A DNA stretch of 64,000 nt, from the NCBI GenBank assembly GCA_030141605.1, contig JAQGDQ010000517.1:1-64000 (forward strand), in the 5' to 3' direction. The translations under genes and the position numbers were made by a program. The notes below the pieces were generated by a model that was given only the letters and a program-made list of their open reading frames with translations, did no database searches and was not told where the DNA came from. Below, in pieces: positions 12,401 to 34,622 of the stretch; positions within the stretch are counted from its first letter, which is position 1; every line of letters starts with the position of its first letter. Origin of the DNA: Tubiluchus corallicola (lineage: Eukaryota > Animalia > Priapulida).

Positions 12401-14868
12401 GCAAAGACAGAACATCTGGAACCCAATATAAAATATTTTTTAAAATAACTATCAAGCTAAAAAATATGCTTCTTGATGCAGCATGCGTTGCCTGTAGGTA
12501 ACACAGCAAGGTATAGATATGATAATAGCTGAGCACAAAGTTAAAGTTGCGTCGATCACTAAAACTTGCTCACGTGTTAAACTAATGCGTTATGCCTTAG
12601 GCCGCGCTTCCACTGCGTTCGCACGACTTTTCTATCCACGCGTTTTGCTCCCGGAAAATTTGTTTCCACTGCATCAGTACTCATTCCGTACAAAACGTCA
12701 TGAATGCCACAAAAATTTTAGCGTGAAATTCTAGACATGAGACTTTCTAGAACAAAAAAATATTTATGTTGGCGGTCAAGGAAAAAGGCAAGTAGGCGAT
12801 ACAGGAAGCGACAATATCATTTTTAGGCTGAACCAGTTTTTAAAACCCGTGAACATCACTTGAAGCGAATATCATCATTTATTGCAACAAGTTGTAATGG
12901 ATTGCCCTGTTAAAGCAAAGTACTTGTCGACTTTAACTTGGCTATTTTTCACTAGGTGATGAAGCCAAACCGTGGCAATTTGAATTGAAATATTGATCGA
13001 AACTTTATTTTGCACTCCCATGTATTGCAATTTTTTACAGCGTTTTTCATTTGAATTTAAATATACTAGTTGTATTCACTTCAAATAAAAAAGCGCCTTT
13101 TTTAATGTTTTGATGCTTATAATTTTCTCCATTATAACAGCAGAAGTATTTCAGGGCAAAGCCGAAATACTGTGGCAACAGCGCGTGTAAATATGTACCA
13201 TAAATTTAAAAAAACATTGATCATAGAATTGCAAAATGATGCCTAAATTTGTAGAAGCGTTAACTTAATAATCAAAGCTAGCTATATTCTACCTCTACCA
13301 TTCACTTCAAAGGCTATTTCGATCACAACTGCCTTGCAAAATCTCTAAAATCACTATATTTAGGATTACTTTTGTCAAACAAAGCAGGTCTAATCTCTAC
13401 AGCGTGTACGATTTGTTCGTCCTCCATTACAAAATTAACTTGTCCGTCTGCAGAAAAAATGGTTTGGCAATTGATGTGCGGATCCGTGTGTGTACGTGGC
13501 TTTCCGTGCGGACGCAGGGGAAACGACAAACGCGGCAAACAATTGTTTGCAAAGGCGCACTATTGCTTTCAATTTTTTTCTCGTGTGAATCATACAGAAA
13601 AAAATCCGTGTCTGTAAGGGTCTGCGCGGATTTTGGTTTCTGGATCTACATTCTGGATTTTGAGACGATTTGTAGGTTGTACCCTGTTTTCCCATTTCTG
13701 GTGCTCAGTAGTAATTTTTTTACATGATTTTAGTACCAAGTTGTAAAGTTTTAAATGCATATTCGAAACAATTTCTATATTTGTCTGAGCTCAAATTCAA
13801 TGTTTTACAAACTATAGAATTTTAAATGGGGTCTATTTATTCTTGCAGATGGTTGCAAGTGCACATTAGCCAATTATTAGATCAGCGTGAAAGAGAATTT
13901 TATTCTTTTGGAACCACGAAATTTCACTCACGTTATTCTTGGGTTGGAAAAGTTACACTCTTTGACAAGCATGGTAATCAGATTGGTAAGTCTTTCATTA
14001 AAATATCTGTTAATCATTAATTAAAATATTCATTAAAAATTCTGCGAATTTGGACAGGTGTAATTTAATGAGTCATAATTATGAGTCATAATAAATGAGT
14101 CACAACAAAAATAATAATTTGAAAAATCAAGAAAATGACTTATAATGAACTGTAAGGCAGGTTAACAACTTACCATTAAGTCAAAATACTCTTTATACGT
14201 CAGCAAAAGATTATACAGTATAGTTTCAAATGTTTTTATTTGAGCTTTCAGCGATTGTCTTTGCATTTCATTCGTTGTTTACACTGCTGACTAAGCCGAA
14301 TTTTTACATGCCTTAATAAAAATATAGAAGCAAAAATTGGTGATAAGATACTTACTATGACTGACTGATTTGAGAATTTATTGCCACTGTTGGTGCCTAA
14401 ATGTGAATATTAGTTTGGACAGTTTAAGCAAAGCGCACTTCTACGTATTCTCGTTTCAAACAAGACGTCTGAGATCTAAACAAACAGACCACTTTTTAAG
14501 TTTATTAGACTGTATCAACGAGGACCAAATACAAATAAAGCTTTCCTGATTTTACAGGGGCGACATATTTCCAGATTGATTCGGAAAATGTCTTTCGTTT
14601 TAGTGATTGCAATTTAAAATTTTAGCTGCTTTGACTAGTTTGCTGTTTATGCTTTACAGGTTCTGAAGTGAAAACAGACAGCAATGGAAATCTTCCTCAC
14701 AGCACAGTTCAAATCAACGATGACAGGAACTTCTTGGATTCATTAGCTGTTTCAGACGGTATAGAAAATTTCCCAGATACGGGAAATGTTCCAGTCCCAG
14801 ATGGGGTGCTGATGGGAGACGTCGGCGTTGTCAGGACGGTTCTCGGTGCTGCTTTGGACGACAAATGA
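5990..14868 (+). CDS. Gene B: secreted protein with signal peptide, WSC domain, putative aerolysin/ETX-MTX2-like beta-pore-forming domain and acidic C-terminal tail, 466 aa
   Basis: Ten coding exons splice in frame with GT-AG ends: 5990-6039, 6703-6860, 7262-7477, 7904-7981, 8258-8299, 8616-8792, 9353-9462, 10171-10394, 13849-13985, 14660-14868 (1401 nt, TGA stop). N-terminus is MKVTVILVLLTSAAKFRLSWNL. WSC pattern: YEGCF..C..SC...G...AL....C.C....C...CPG....CGG. C-terminal motifs: KLDNMDSPQ, DSVSVDSGYNEGISVSS, VSVPAYS, YEIKWRAQF. AATAAA at about 15189. Confidence 0.88.
6426..6463. repeat. (TA)n microsatellite
   Basis: Seen directly. Confidence 0.95.
11632..12256. mobile_element. Probable MITE-like element with GC-rich subterminal short repeats in inverted orientation
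   Basis: The left block (11640-11735) has AATTGGGCGC/ATTTGGG-type units. The right block (12175-12256) has the complementary GCGCCCAAATGTC/CCAAATGTC units repeated three times. Confidence 0.5.
12600..13536 (-). mobile_element. Decayed PIF/Harbinger-like DNA transposon carrying a MADF/Myb-SANT remnant, in intron 8 of gene B
   Basis: Left end TTA|GGCCGCGCTTCCACTGCGTTCGCACG (12600) has an imperfect inverted match CGTGCGGACGCAGGGGAAACG..CGCGGC at 13505-13536. The minus-strand peptide MEDEQIVHAVEIRPALFDKSNPKYSD resembles a MADF N-terminus and is cut by a stop. Confidence 0.7.
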
Positions 14869-16974
14869 AATTTAGAAAACATTTTGATGATTTACAATGA
14901 TTTTCTGGCTGTTGTTATACAAAGTATTGCGCTAAATCTGTTTTGAGGAACAGATCTGCAATGAAAAGCAAAGTAGCATCCTTTTCATTTTGCCAAGTGA
15001 CATTAGCTTTAGATTAGACTTGTCCATGTCCATATTCTGTTTCAGTAATAGATTGGCAGAGAAAAGCAAAATAGTGTAGTATTTATTTTATTGTGCGACA
15101 TTAGCTGTCAATACGTATATTTAACTAATGTACTTTAGAAAATCTGTCTTATTTGCGTATGATATCAATTTTTTATTATTGAGCGATTAATAAAATGGTA
15201 AAGAAAGCCTTAGTTTGTTGCATTGTTTTAAGATGTTGCTGCAAGCTAAAATTATACGCTGAAAGCTTCAGTCCAAAAAATAAAGGTATGACGTTTGACT
15301 ATTCCGACTGAAGTTATTGTAATTAAATAAAGTGCAGCTGTAAACAGTGTTGGCATGTAATGAACAAACAACATGTTGAGTACATCAGAGTTTAAACCTA
15401 ACATGCTAAGAAAAATGCCTTGCCGCGATTTGAGGTTTTTGTGCTTTAGAACTAGTCCGGAATGCGAAGCATTGGTTACTCGCTAATTCAGTTTTTACGG
15501 CCTTTTAAAATAACTAATAATGCCCGTCGAGATTTGATCGCCTTTTATATTCAGAAAAAATAAAGAAATTCATATCATAATAACTATAGCATTATACTAG
15601 AGTTACGTAATGCTATAAGACAGCCTTTCGTAACCAATGCATTGCTTCATCAAAAAACTAACAAACGTACCTGTTCAAACCTAGACTAATATCGTTTGCC
15701 ACGTGAAAAGGGTTTACAATCAATTTGTACGTATGAATAGCTATTGTAGTTTGTAAATTTCCGATGAAGGCATTACTTTCTTCCATTGGCAATAATTCAT
15801 TATTAATCATAAGAAACATCGTAGCATACCTTCTTATTACTAAACGCTGACACTTAAAAGAGAGGCTTTAAGGCAACTGGCATATACACAATGAGTGTTA
15901 AATCATGCACGAATAGGGTTTTATTGTAGCTATACTAGTTGTGACGCATAAATGTCTGTTATCTTCAGGAACATCTTATTAAGTTACATATAAACCCAAA
16001 TATTGGGGAAGTGAAGCCAGGTCACTAATTTTTTTTATGTTTGGCTATTCCAAAAACGCAATTTATTGATGCGTTAGTATACTACACGCTGGAAAAGTTT
16101 TAATGTTTTCTAGAAATTTCAGTATCTGCATAACGGATGTCCCTAGATTAAGCTCCGTTTATTAGAATAGATTTGAGTCAGTCAATGAATGAGCAAAACT
16201 TTAACATAAACTAGGAAAGGGTTATGGGTTACATGGCATTCTGTTCAGTAATGTGTCTAAATGTTTCAGCGTAATATTTTAGGAAAAGTACAGCATCAAA
16301 GTATAGCGCTGAGATCCAGCGCCGCTTTGCTTTTTCAAAATTAGTAAAGGTTCACCCAATTTAGCTGCCAGAAAATGCAGGTGCCGGTAGTATAGCCGAC
16401 TTAACGACTTTTGCTTTTGCCACAAACTTTACCGCATTGATTAGTCTTTGAGTATGCAGGAACTAACATTACGAGCGACAGTAATTACAGCTCTTTTTTG
16501 CCATTTTTAAACACATGACATTTTCTTAGCTTCCTTATTGGCCCTGAGCTACAACTGCTTGCATCAAAGCGGTAACAAAAGTGTGTTAAAAAGAAAAGGG
16601 CATAAACCTGATATAACGCTGATATACTATCATTCCACTGTGTAAAAAGTATATTACAATATTAGTACGTGAAAAGTCCCCCTCAAATCTCTGTATGTAC
16701 AAGAACTTTTGGCGAATTATTATTCTACACATCAAGGGTTTATTAACTAATGTTGCTACACTATTTTATTGGAAGCACTTGCATTAACGAAGGAAGTCGC
16801 AGCGGGCTAAAATATTTGCTTTTTCATCAAAGTTTCTTTGTGTTGTTTTTATAGTGCATGTCCTTTTTTTAACCATCGTAATAAATAGTATTTGTTTTTG
16901 ATATTCTGGGTATTTGTCTAGAGAAGAGCAGTTTAATTTTCGGCAAGTATCATTTTTATAGACTTGAGTATTAC

Positions 16975-17036
16975 ATACCGTAGAATCGAACCTACAACCA
17001 CCAAGACTAAAAGCGAGTACTTTACACTGAGCTAGT
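16975..17036 (-). mobile_element. tRNA-derived SINE head
   Basis: Minus strand reads TAGCTCAGTGTAAAG (A-box-like) ... GGTTCGATTCT (B-box-like), with no complete cloverleaf. Confidence 0.5.
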
Positions 17037-17148
17037 AAGAATGACACTATGTAATTAAAAACAGTGTATGTTTTTATTTGAACTAACACTGATTGTCTGT
17101 CTTTTCTATTATGATGGTCAATGTTTTTAAAAAGGCAAAATAAAGATT

Positions 17149-17813
<665 letters not shown>

Positions 17814-18299
17814 ACTTTCCAAAAATACGTGCTAATTGATATTTTTTAAACTATTCGCTCCAGACGAGCTGCTCATTACCATCAATGAAACACATATGTT
17901 AGTCCTAGCTATTCGCTTTCGAAGGAATAGGAGTGTTTTATGTTAAGATGATCCATTTAAGTAAAAGCCACCTAGCTACAGTGAACTTTTTTTAAACGAA
18001 TAAAGGTGTCTAAGAGCACTAGACGGGCTTTAGCTTATCACTCAATAGTTTTTTCACAGCTGCAGGATTTTTTGCGCGGGGCAGACGTGATATTGCATAG
18101 AATTTGAGGAGTAGGTGTTCTGTATAAGCAAATCGCTTACACCGGCCAACTTTTGACAAAATTTCTTCGAGGTCCCATTTTTCTAGATGAGCCACTTATC
18201 TAGAAGTCGCGCCGGTTTGGCAAACTGCATTAACTGATAGCTCACGCGTGTGATTATGTCACTCTCTTGCAGGTCAAAATAAAACTGCCCAGTAAACCG

Positions 18300-18387
18300 A
18301 CAAATTTGCCATTGTACTGGTTAGTGTCAGGTGTCACTGAATCTGCTGACATTTGATGTGCCGTTGTCCTCTGCTGGTGCTTTACAG
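18300..18387 (+). other. Probable non-coding first exon of gene C (start approximate)
   Basis: Strong donor CAG|GTAACT at 18387/18388 at the end of a relatively GC-rich patch. The ATG exon of gene C begins at an acceptor (ttccttacag|19941) only 7 nt before the ATG, which implies an upstream exon. Confidence 0.5.
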
Positions 18388-19132
18388 GTAACTTTGTATT
18401 TCTATGTTGTGTAATTTTTTATGTTTTGTAATCTTATTACAGTTAAAATAGTTAGCTCATATGTCTAAATAGATTTCTGTGTATTAGTTTTCTGTTTTGA
18501 TTTTTCGTGATTTTTCAGTACAAGTTCAGGACTGCTTGTAGAACGCTTTCTACTGAATAACTTCCTATTAACGTCATTAATTATTCCAAAATAAAGTTAA
18601 ATCGTAATGGCAAATTGTTGTAAAAATTGAGGCAAAGATACTCTTAGACATCTTTCCAAAGATACTCTTTAGAAATCTATAAGACATTTAAGTGATTTCA
18701 TCTGAACTTTGTATTTTTTTAGGTTACAAGTTTTAGTGAATTTTTTAGTGAAAAACACTATTTATTTTGTCAATATGTGTATGGTATTTGCAGTACTTTT
18801 AGAAAAACATTGCAATGTTAGGGCAGCTATTACTAAGAGCTAAGCTATAATACAATATTAGTGATTTCTAAGCTGTATACGCCTTTTGAAACTAGTCATA
18901 CGACAGCTCGCAAAGTTTAGTTATGTAATTTCCAATTTGATTTGACTAGCCCTTTCCCTGATTTATTTGCCAGTACTCCTATATTTAATTCGAACAGAAT
19001 GTTTCGAAACAGGGTGCACTTATTTTTGTAATTTTTGTAAATCAATTTTTGTAATTAGAACCGAATGCTTATAGGATTCAAATTGCTAACATTGGTATCA
19101 TAATTATCATGATATATTCCCTGACCTTGTGG

Positions 19133-19273
19133 AATTATAACCACTCCGTGCAGTTAAAATTGTTAGTTGTACCTAATATATATATATACATATATATTAA
19201 AACAACTAACAATATATATATATATATATTTATTAGAACCTAACAATTTTAACTGCACTGAGTGGTTATAATT
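19133..19273. repeat. 34-bp inverted repeat with one mismatch around an (AT)n-rich spacer
   Basis: AATTATAACCACTCCGTGCAGTTAAAATTGTTAG (19133-19166) versus CTAACAATTTTAACTGCACTGAGTGGTTATAATT (19240-19273). Confidence 0.9.
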
Positions 19274-19947
19274 ATATATATATATATATATATAATCGTT
19301 AAGTTCTAATTGTAAAGATTTATTCAGCTTATTGTAACTATAGTAGATGAAAGTACGAAACTGCGTGCTCTCCTTAAATTACACAGTTAACAACAAATGC
19401 CAGCAAGTACTGTTGACGTCCTAAAGTCTGATTTCCCCCTACGACTTTTGATCTAATTTAAAATGCCCCTCATTTGAAAATAGGTTTAAAATGTTTCATT
19501 GTTGCTGCACTTATTAATGTAGCTGCAGCCGCTATTGCTGATGATACAGTTTCAATATTCAATAAATCTAAGGAAGCCAGGTAAAGCGACAGTGGAAAGT
19601 GTTTTTGGAAGAAGACTACTCCATGTTATCGTTGATGAATCACACATATTGGCATGAAAATAATCCAGAAAATGTACCTAAGTAATTATGCAATTTACTG
19701 CATCATTAGTTACGACTAACTTAAAAATTAAAGAATTAACTCAAGAACTGGCTAGTTTGCCTAGTGGGTAGAGCCGGCCCTGGCTACAATACTCGCCAGA
19801 ACAAGAGTTGCTTAATATTAAAATAGTTCTGGTTGTAAATGTAGATTACTGTAATGCTATTTCAGAACCTCTTCACAAAATAGCAGCAAGAATCTATATA
19901 GGTACATTTTTATGTGATTTATGTACTTGTTTCCTTACAGATTAGCA

Positions 19948-29661
<9,714 letters not shown>

Positions 29662-32075
29662 AGATTTTGCTGCGCCTAACTGTTAGATAATATTTTACAG
29701 GCACTTTTAAACGTCTTTTAAAAGCTATAGTAAAATGAGACTTTAACCTAGGTCTACGTTTAGAAGGGCCAACAGGGCTCACATGAAGTACATTCATATG
29801 CAGGCTCACTGTAACATACAAAATGATGCTATTTTATTATTTTTGTTTTTTTTAAGTTTTTATCAGAATATATTTTTAATTATCAACAAAGTTATATTTT
29901 AAATCTATTTGCTGTTATAGAGCATGAATTTCAATGATGGTGTAATCATACTGCTCATCGTGTTTATATGGCCTTTATTCTTTGCAAACAATTTGTCTTA
30001 TGATATATGAATACATTAAGCAAATGTTAGAATGATTAAGTAAATTGGGCGGGTAAGACTATCATATTTTATAATTAATTGAGAGCTTAAGTAATAAACC
30101 ATTTTTATTTTTTATCAACATAACACAGATATGCAGTCATGTTGTTTGAAAATGATTACGTGCTGCCATCTGCAAGTTAGAATTTAATACTAGTGTTAAG
30201 GATGCGGAGCGAGATTCAAAAACAGCGAACTGCTTTTTCATATTATAGGGTGCCATTATTTTGATATGCGTGTTTTAAACACTTATTCTCGTGATTTATG
30301 ACTTAATTACCATTAACAAATTTTATTACATTATCAATACTCTGTTTATTATGGGCGTAATGTAGAGCAGACCAGGTAGCCTAGTCATTATAATACATGT
30401 GTTTCTTAAATCGCTGGCAAATAATGCGTTTATTTAAATTATATTTTATGTATTGCTACGTTTTGCTGATGCACATTTCGTTTAGCAGATATAATGAAAT
30501 TTTAGCTTGGTAATGCAGTACTAATAGAAACATTATTGAGATACCACTCTGTGGTGCAGGGCAAGGGTAGTCAGGGCTATTGAGAACGTTTTTATGTATG
30601 TAACTATGTATGTGAAAGAAGGTAAATTATGTTGGGGCATTAAAAACATTTTGTATTTCATGACGTTCGATTGTTGAAACAGAAACAAAAATGCGTTGAA
30701 TTAATTTTGCAGTGTAGTCTCGTACATTACATAAATGACTAATATACTATATTCTAACGAATTTCTGTATATATATATATATATATATATTTATTTGATG
30801 TCGTTATTATAGCAAGAAACGTGGATTTTTGTAGAAAAAAATTATTATTACAGCAAAAATTTTTAACAGAATAAAATTGTTATTATTCATTATAACTGGC
30901 GTCGTTCTTATTTGAAAAAGCGACAGTTTCGGTACACTGATGATAACGATCCCTAACAGGGCGTGGGAACGGCCGAATGGGCAAGATATGTGTTTAGTAA
31001 CCGATGACTTCCGAACTTAAGCAATGCCGAGGCTTTGAGTGATGAGTGAATGTGAGATTGCACAGTTCAATACTTGCTCTGGGAAGTTGTTATGCCAGTT
31101 AAGTGTCGTCTCAAAAATTATCTTTAATAATCAGTCAGTTTCCAGTCCCTCCACAACTATCCACATTAGTAAGCCTTGCCATTGAAGTTTTACAAGTGCA
31201 TAATTGCAAACATAATTCTGCATTTCAATTAGCCATGAAGCCTTTTACACTTTAATTTTATTTTAATGATACATATTTTAAAGTTAATTTTTTTCATAGC
31301 CTTTCATTTTTTCTAAAACTTTACGAAGTTTATAAAGATTTACGAAGCTATTTTGTATTGCTTTGCGTTTTTCTCAAATAAGTTACACTGTTTTTTGCTA
31401 GTAGTGCTGAAATGTTGTCCTGAGTGCCCACGCTGTCTGGCAAACATTTTGTATACGCCACTTTTTTGGGTTTTTTTGGATTAAATGAACAAATGTTGTA
31501 AAAATTTTTATAAGGCAATCAGTCGGGGATGTCAATGACATGAACTTCTCTGTGTTGATACAAGATAATCAAAAGTAAAGCTTAATCTGGTTTGACATTT
31601 TCTTGCAGGTCAGCTGTTTAAATCTGCCCCATAAACGAGTTTTAAAAAGAAACTCGCTATACTTTTTCGACTACACTCGATTGCAATACTATAGTTTTCA
31701 CTGTTGGGTATTGAAATTCCGAGAAATGGTGGAAAACTTTTATAATGTTAAATATATCTGTTGTATCGTGCCTTGTATCATCTGATCTTTGTCATCTAGT
31801 TATGATAAATTAAATGGTTTGTGCAATCTTTGAGAGGCGGGAATTTTGCTGTGTTTTCCGCGGCGTTTTTTGCTGACCGCAAATTCCCATTGTAATGTGT
31901 TAGAACTAATTCAAAATTTGGGGAAACGTAATTTAGCAGTATTTGGGATCTTATTTGTTTGTAAATAGTTTTGCATCTTAAGATGGCGTTCAAATTATTT
32001 CAATTCCTAACTTATTTTATTCGTTATCTACTGTACAGTTATTTTTGCAAACGGCTTTCCATTTTAGTACATAAA

Positions 32076-33295
32076 ATACATGCTTACAAGGGAATATCTT
32101 TAGTTATTGGCCTGCAACTGATGGATCTTTTTACACAAACTGTCAAATTTTTTTGCACTATACATCTAAATTACTTCACTTGCACAATCTATCCAGGGTT
32201 TAAGCTCCGAATCAAATCTGACATTGCTTAGCACAATTCAAGAAAGCTTTAGTATTCTATTTTATTCCCAATTGCATATAAATATAGCTTTATTTTTTCT
32301 AAATAATAATAATGGATTATTATTGTTAAAAATTAACAAAAGATTATTAATAAATATAGTGCGAAATAATAGATGAGTTAGAGATACTCGATTTAGTTTC
32401 TGTTATTTAATACTAATTTTAGTAAATGGCGAACGTGTAAGCAGCGCTAGAAATAGTAGCCTTAATAATACATAGTAATGCGGCATCTGTTGACGGTATT
32501 TTTATTTTTAAGTTATGGTTGCTCAGTTTCCATTAGGGTTAGGTGAATTTTCTTTTGTTTGCTTACTTTAGTACAATAATGAACCCGATCACAAAATTAG
32601 AAGGTGATACTGAAACAGACTAAAAACTGAGATACTGTGACATAGTGAGCATGGCTCAAGTACCTTGCGGGTTATTGTCCAAACAGTGTACAACAAATAT
32701 TATTACATAATGCAGTAAAGAGGATGTAGTGGTGGGTGGATGTTATGGAAGCGTACAATACACTGTTTTGTATTTTTCTTTTTAGTTCATGCTTATCTGC
32801 GTGCGTGTGTGGATACTAACTGTGATTAGAGTATGTTAAAGTTTGATCGATGTGTCATATAAGGATGCTGAAAACGAACTGAGCTTTACATTCAAATTGT
32901 CTTTCGTTCGAAACACCACCCAACAACAACTTTTCACATTACAAAATTACGTATTGATCGCCTAAATCTAAATTATTGTGATTATAAACAATAATAAAAA
33001 CGGGCTGAGAACAAACGTGGATTCGCATCACGAACTCATTTCACATAAAAATTGCTTTTTGATCCTAACAGAAAAGATAGTTTTTAATTTACAAAGAACT
33101 ATTTACATTGAAAAAAGATTTAATATACGTACTATACATGCTTCCATGGGAATATATTTTGCTATTGGGCTGCAAATGGTGTCTCTTTTTTACACAAATT
33201 GTCAAGTTTTTTGCACTCTACGTCTAAATTACTTCACATTCATAATATAATCTACCCAAGGTTTATGCTTAGAATCAAATCTGACAGTGCTTGGC
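32076..33295 (+). repeat. Pair of diverged direct repeats of about 160 bp (32076-32230 and 33133-33292)
   Basis: Both copies run ATACATGCTT...GGGAATAT...TTTTACACAAA...TCTAAATTACTTCAC...GAATCAAATCTGACA.TGCTT. Confidence 0.85.
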
Positions 33296-34488
33296 AAGAC
33301 AAAACACAGTACGAACAATACACTGATTGAATGAGTTAGTTCAAAGCCTGATGCGAGTCAAGATTTTTGTTACTTTTTACGTATTGACAAATGCTATTCT
33401 AGATGGCATAACCAGACAGTAGCGCAGAAAAAACTCAATAAATAGGTAACCGAGTGATTCGCATATCGGACTACTTTAATGTAAAAATATTGCCTTACCT
33501 GGGGTTATTAGAGGAATGAGTGGGCATAATTATTGTTCTTCATCGATGACTTTCACATCAATCTCCCTTTGATGATAATTATTCTAAATATTATAATGGT
33601 TCAATGGATTTTTACGATGATTTTATCAATATAACATTTATAAAAGGTTAAAAAAGGTTAGTTAGATTACTACAACATGCTCTAACACACTATAATAGGC
33701 GGTACATGTAAATTTTCATTATTTTGATTCTGTGTCAAAACGCTGTAAGACTCGTCGCTAATTGCATGCTGATTTATAAGAAAATGAAGGACTAGATTAA
33801 GTGCAGATTATCTTGCAGACGAGATGCGTCAGATTTGGCGCCAAATTGTGAATCAGTCGCTGAAACGGGAAGGGTCATTGAGTCACCATCAGGGCGCAGT
33901 CTCCCGTTGCAGTTTGCTAGGGCTTCACGAACACTTTTTAATTTTCCTTGTTACACATCATTGAGAGGTGGCAGTAAATAGGAACGGCAAATTAGGGCAT
34001 CAGCAGCTTTCTGTCACCACCTTCGTGAAATCGTTAAAAGTGAGTAAAATAACTCACTTGTAAGGAAAATGTTGTTCTTGGTTTATAAGCGTAACCTCAG
34101 TCTAGTTGTTTGTTTTCTTATCTGTAATTGAGATTATTTGTATGATTAACTCTGACCAGAGATTTGTTTTTTGACCATCGTTAATGCTTTTTTAATTCCC
34201 TGACATTGTTTGTGTCTTAAGTTGCAGAATTGTAATCTGCTGCATGTTTTTTGACTGTATTACAAAATTTGTTCATTCTGCATGTATTACCCAAACTACA
34301 ACTACATGTATTACTGTAATTTCTAACAACTGATTAACTACATTTGAAGTCGTTTCATATTGGCATTATGAAGATCAAGAAATAACTGCGTCCATTTAAC
34401 TACAAAAGCAGCTTGTTTCTTGAATTACTTGGCAACCTTATTCGAATTGAACAAATTTAGGCCACTGTACAGAAGAATTTGTTCTGTC

Positions 34489-34622
<134 letters not shown>

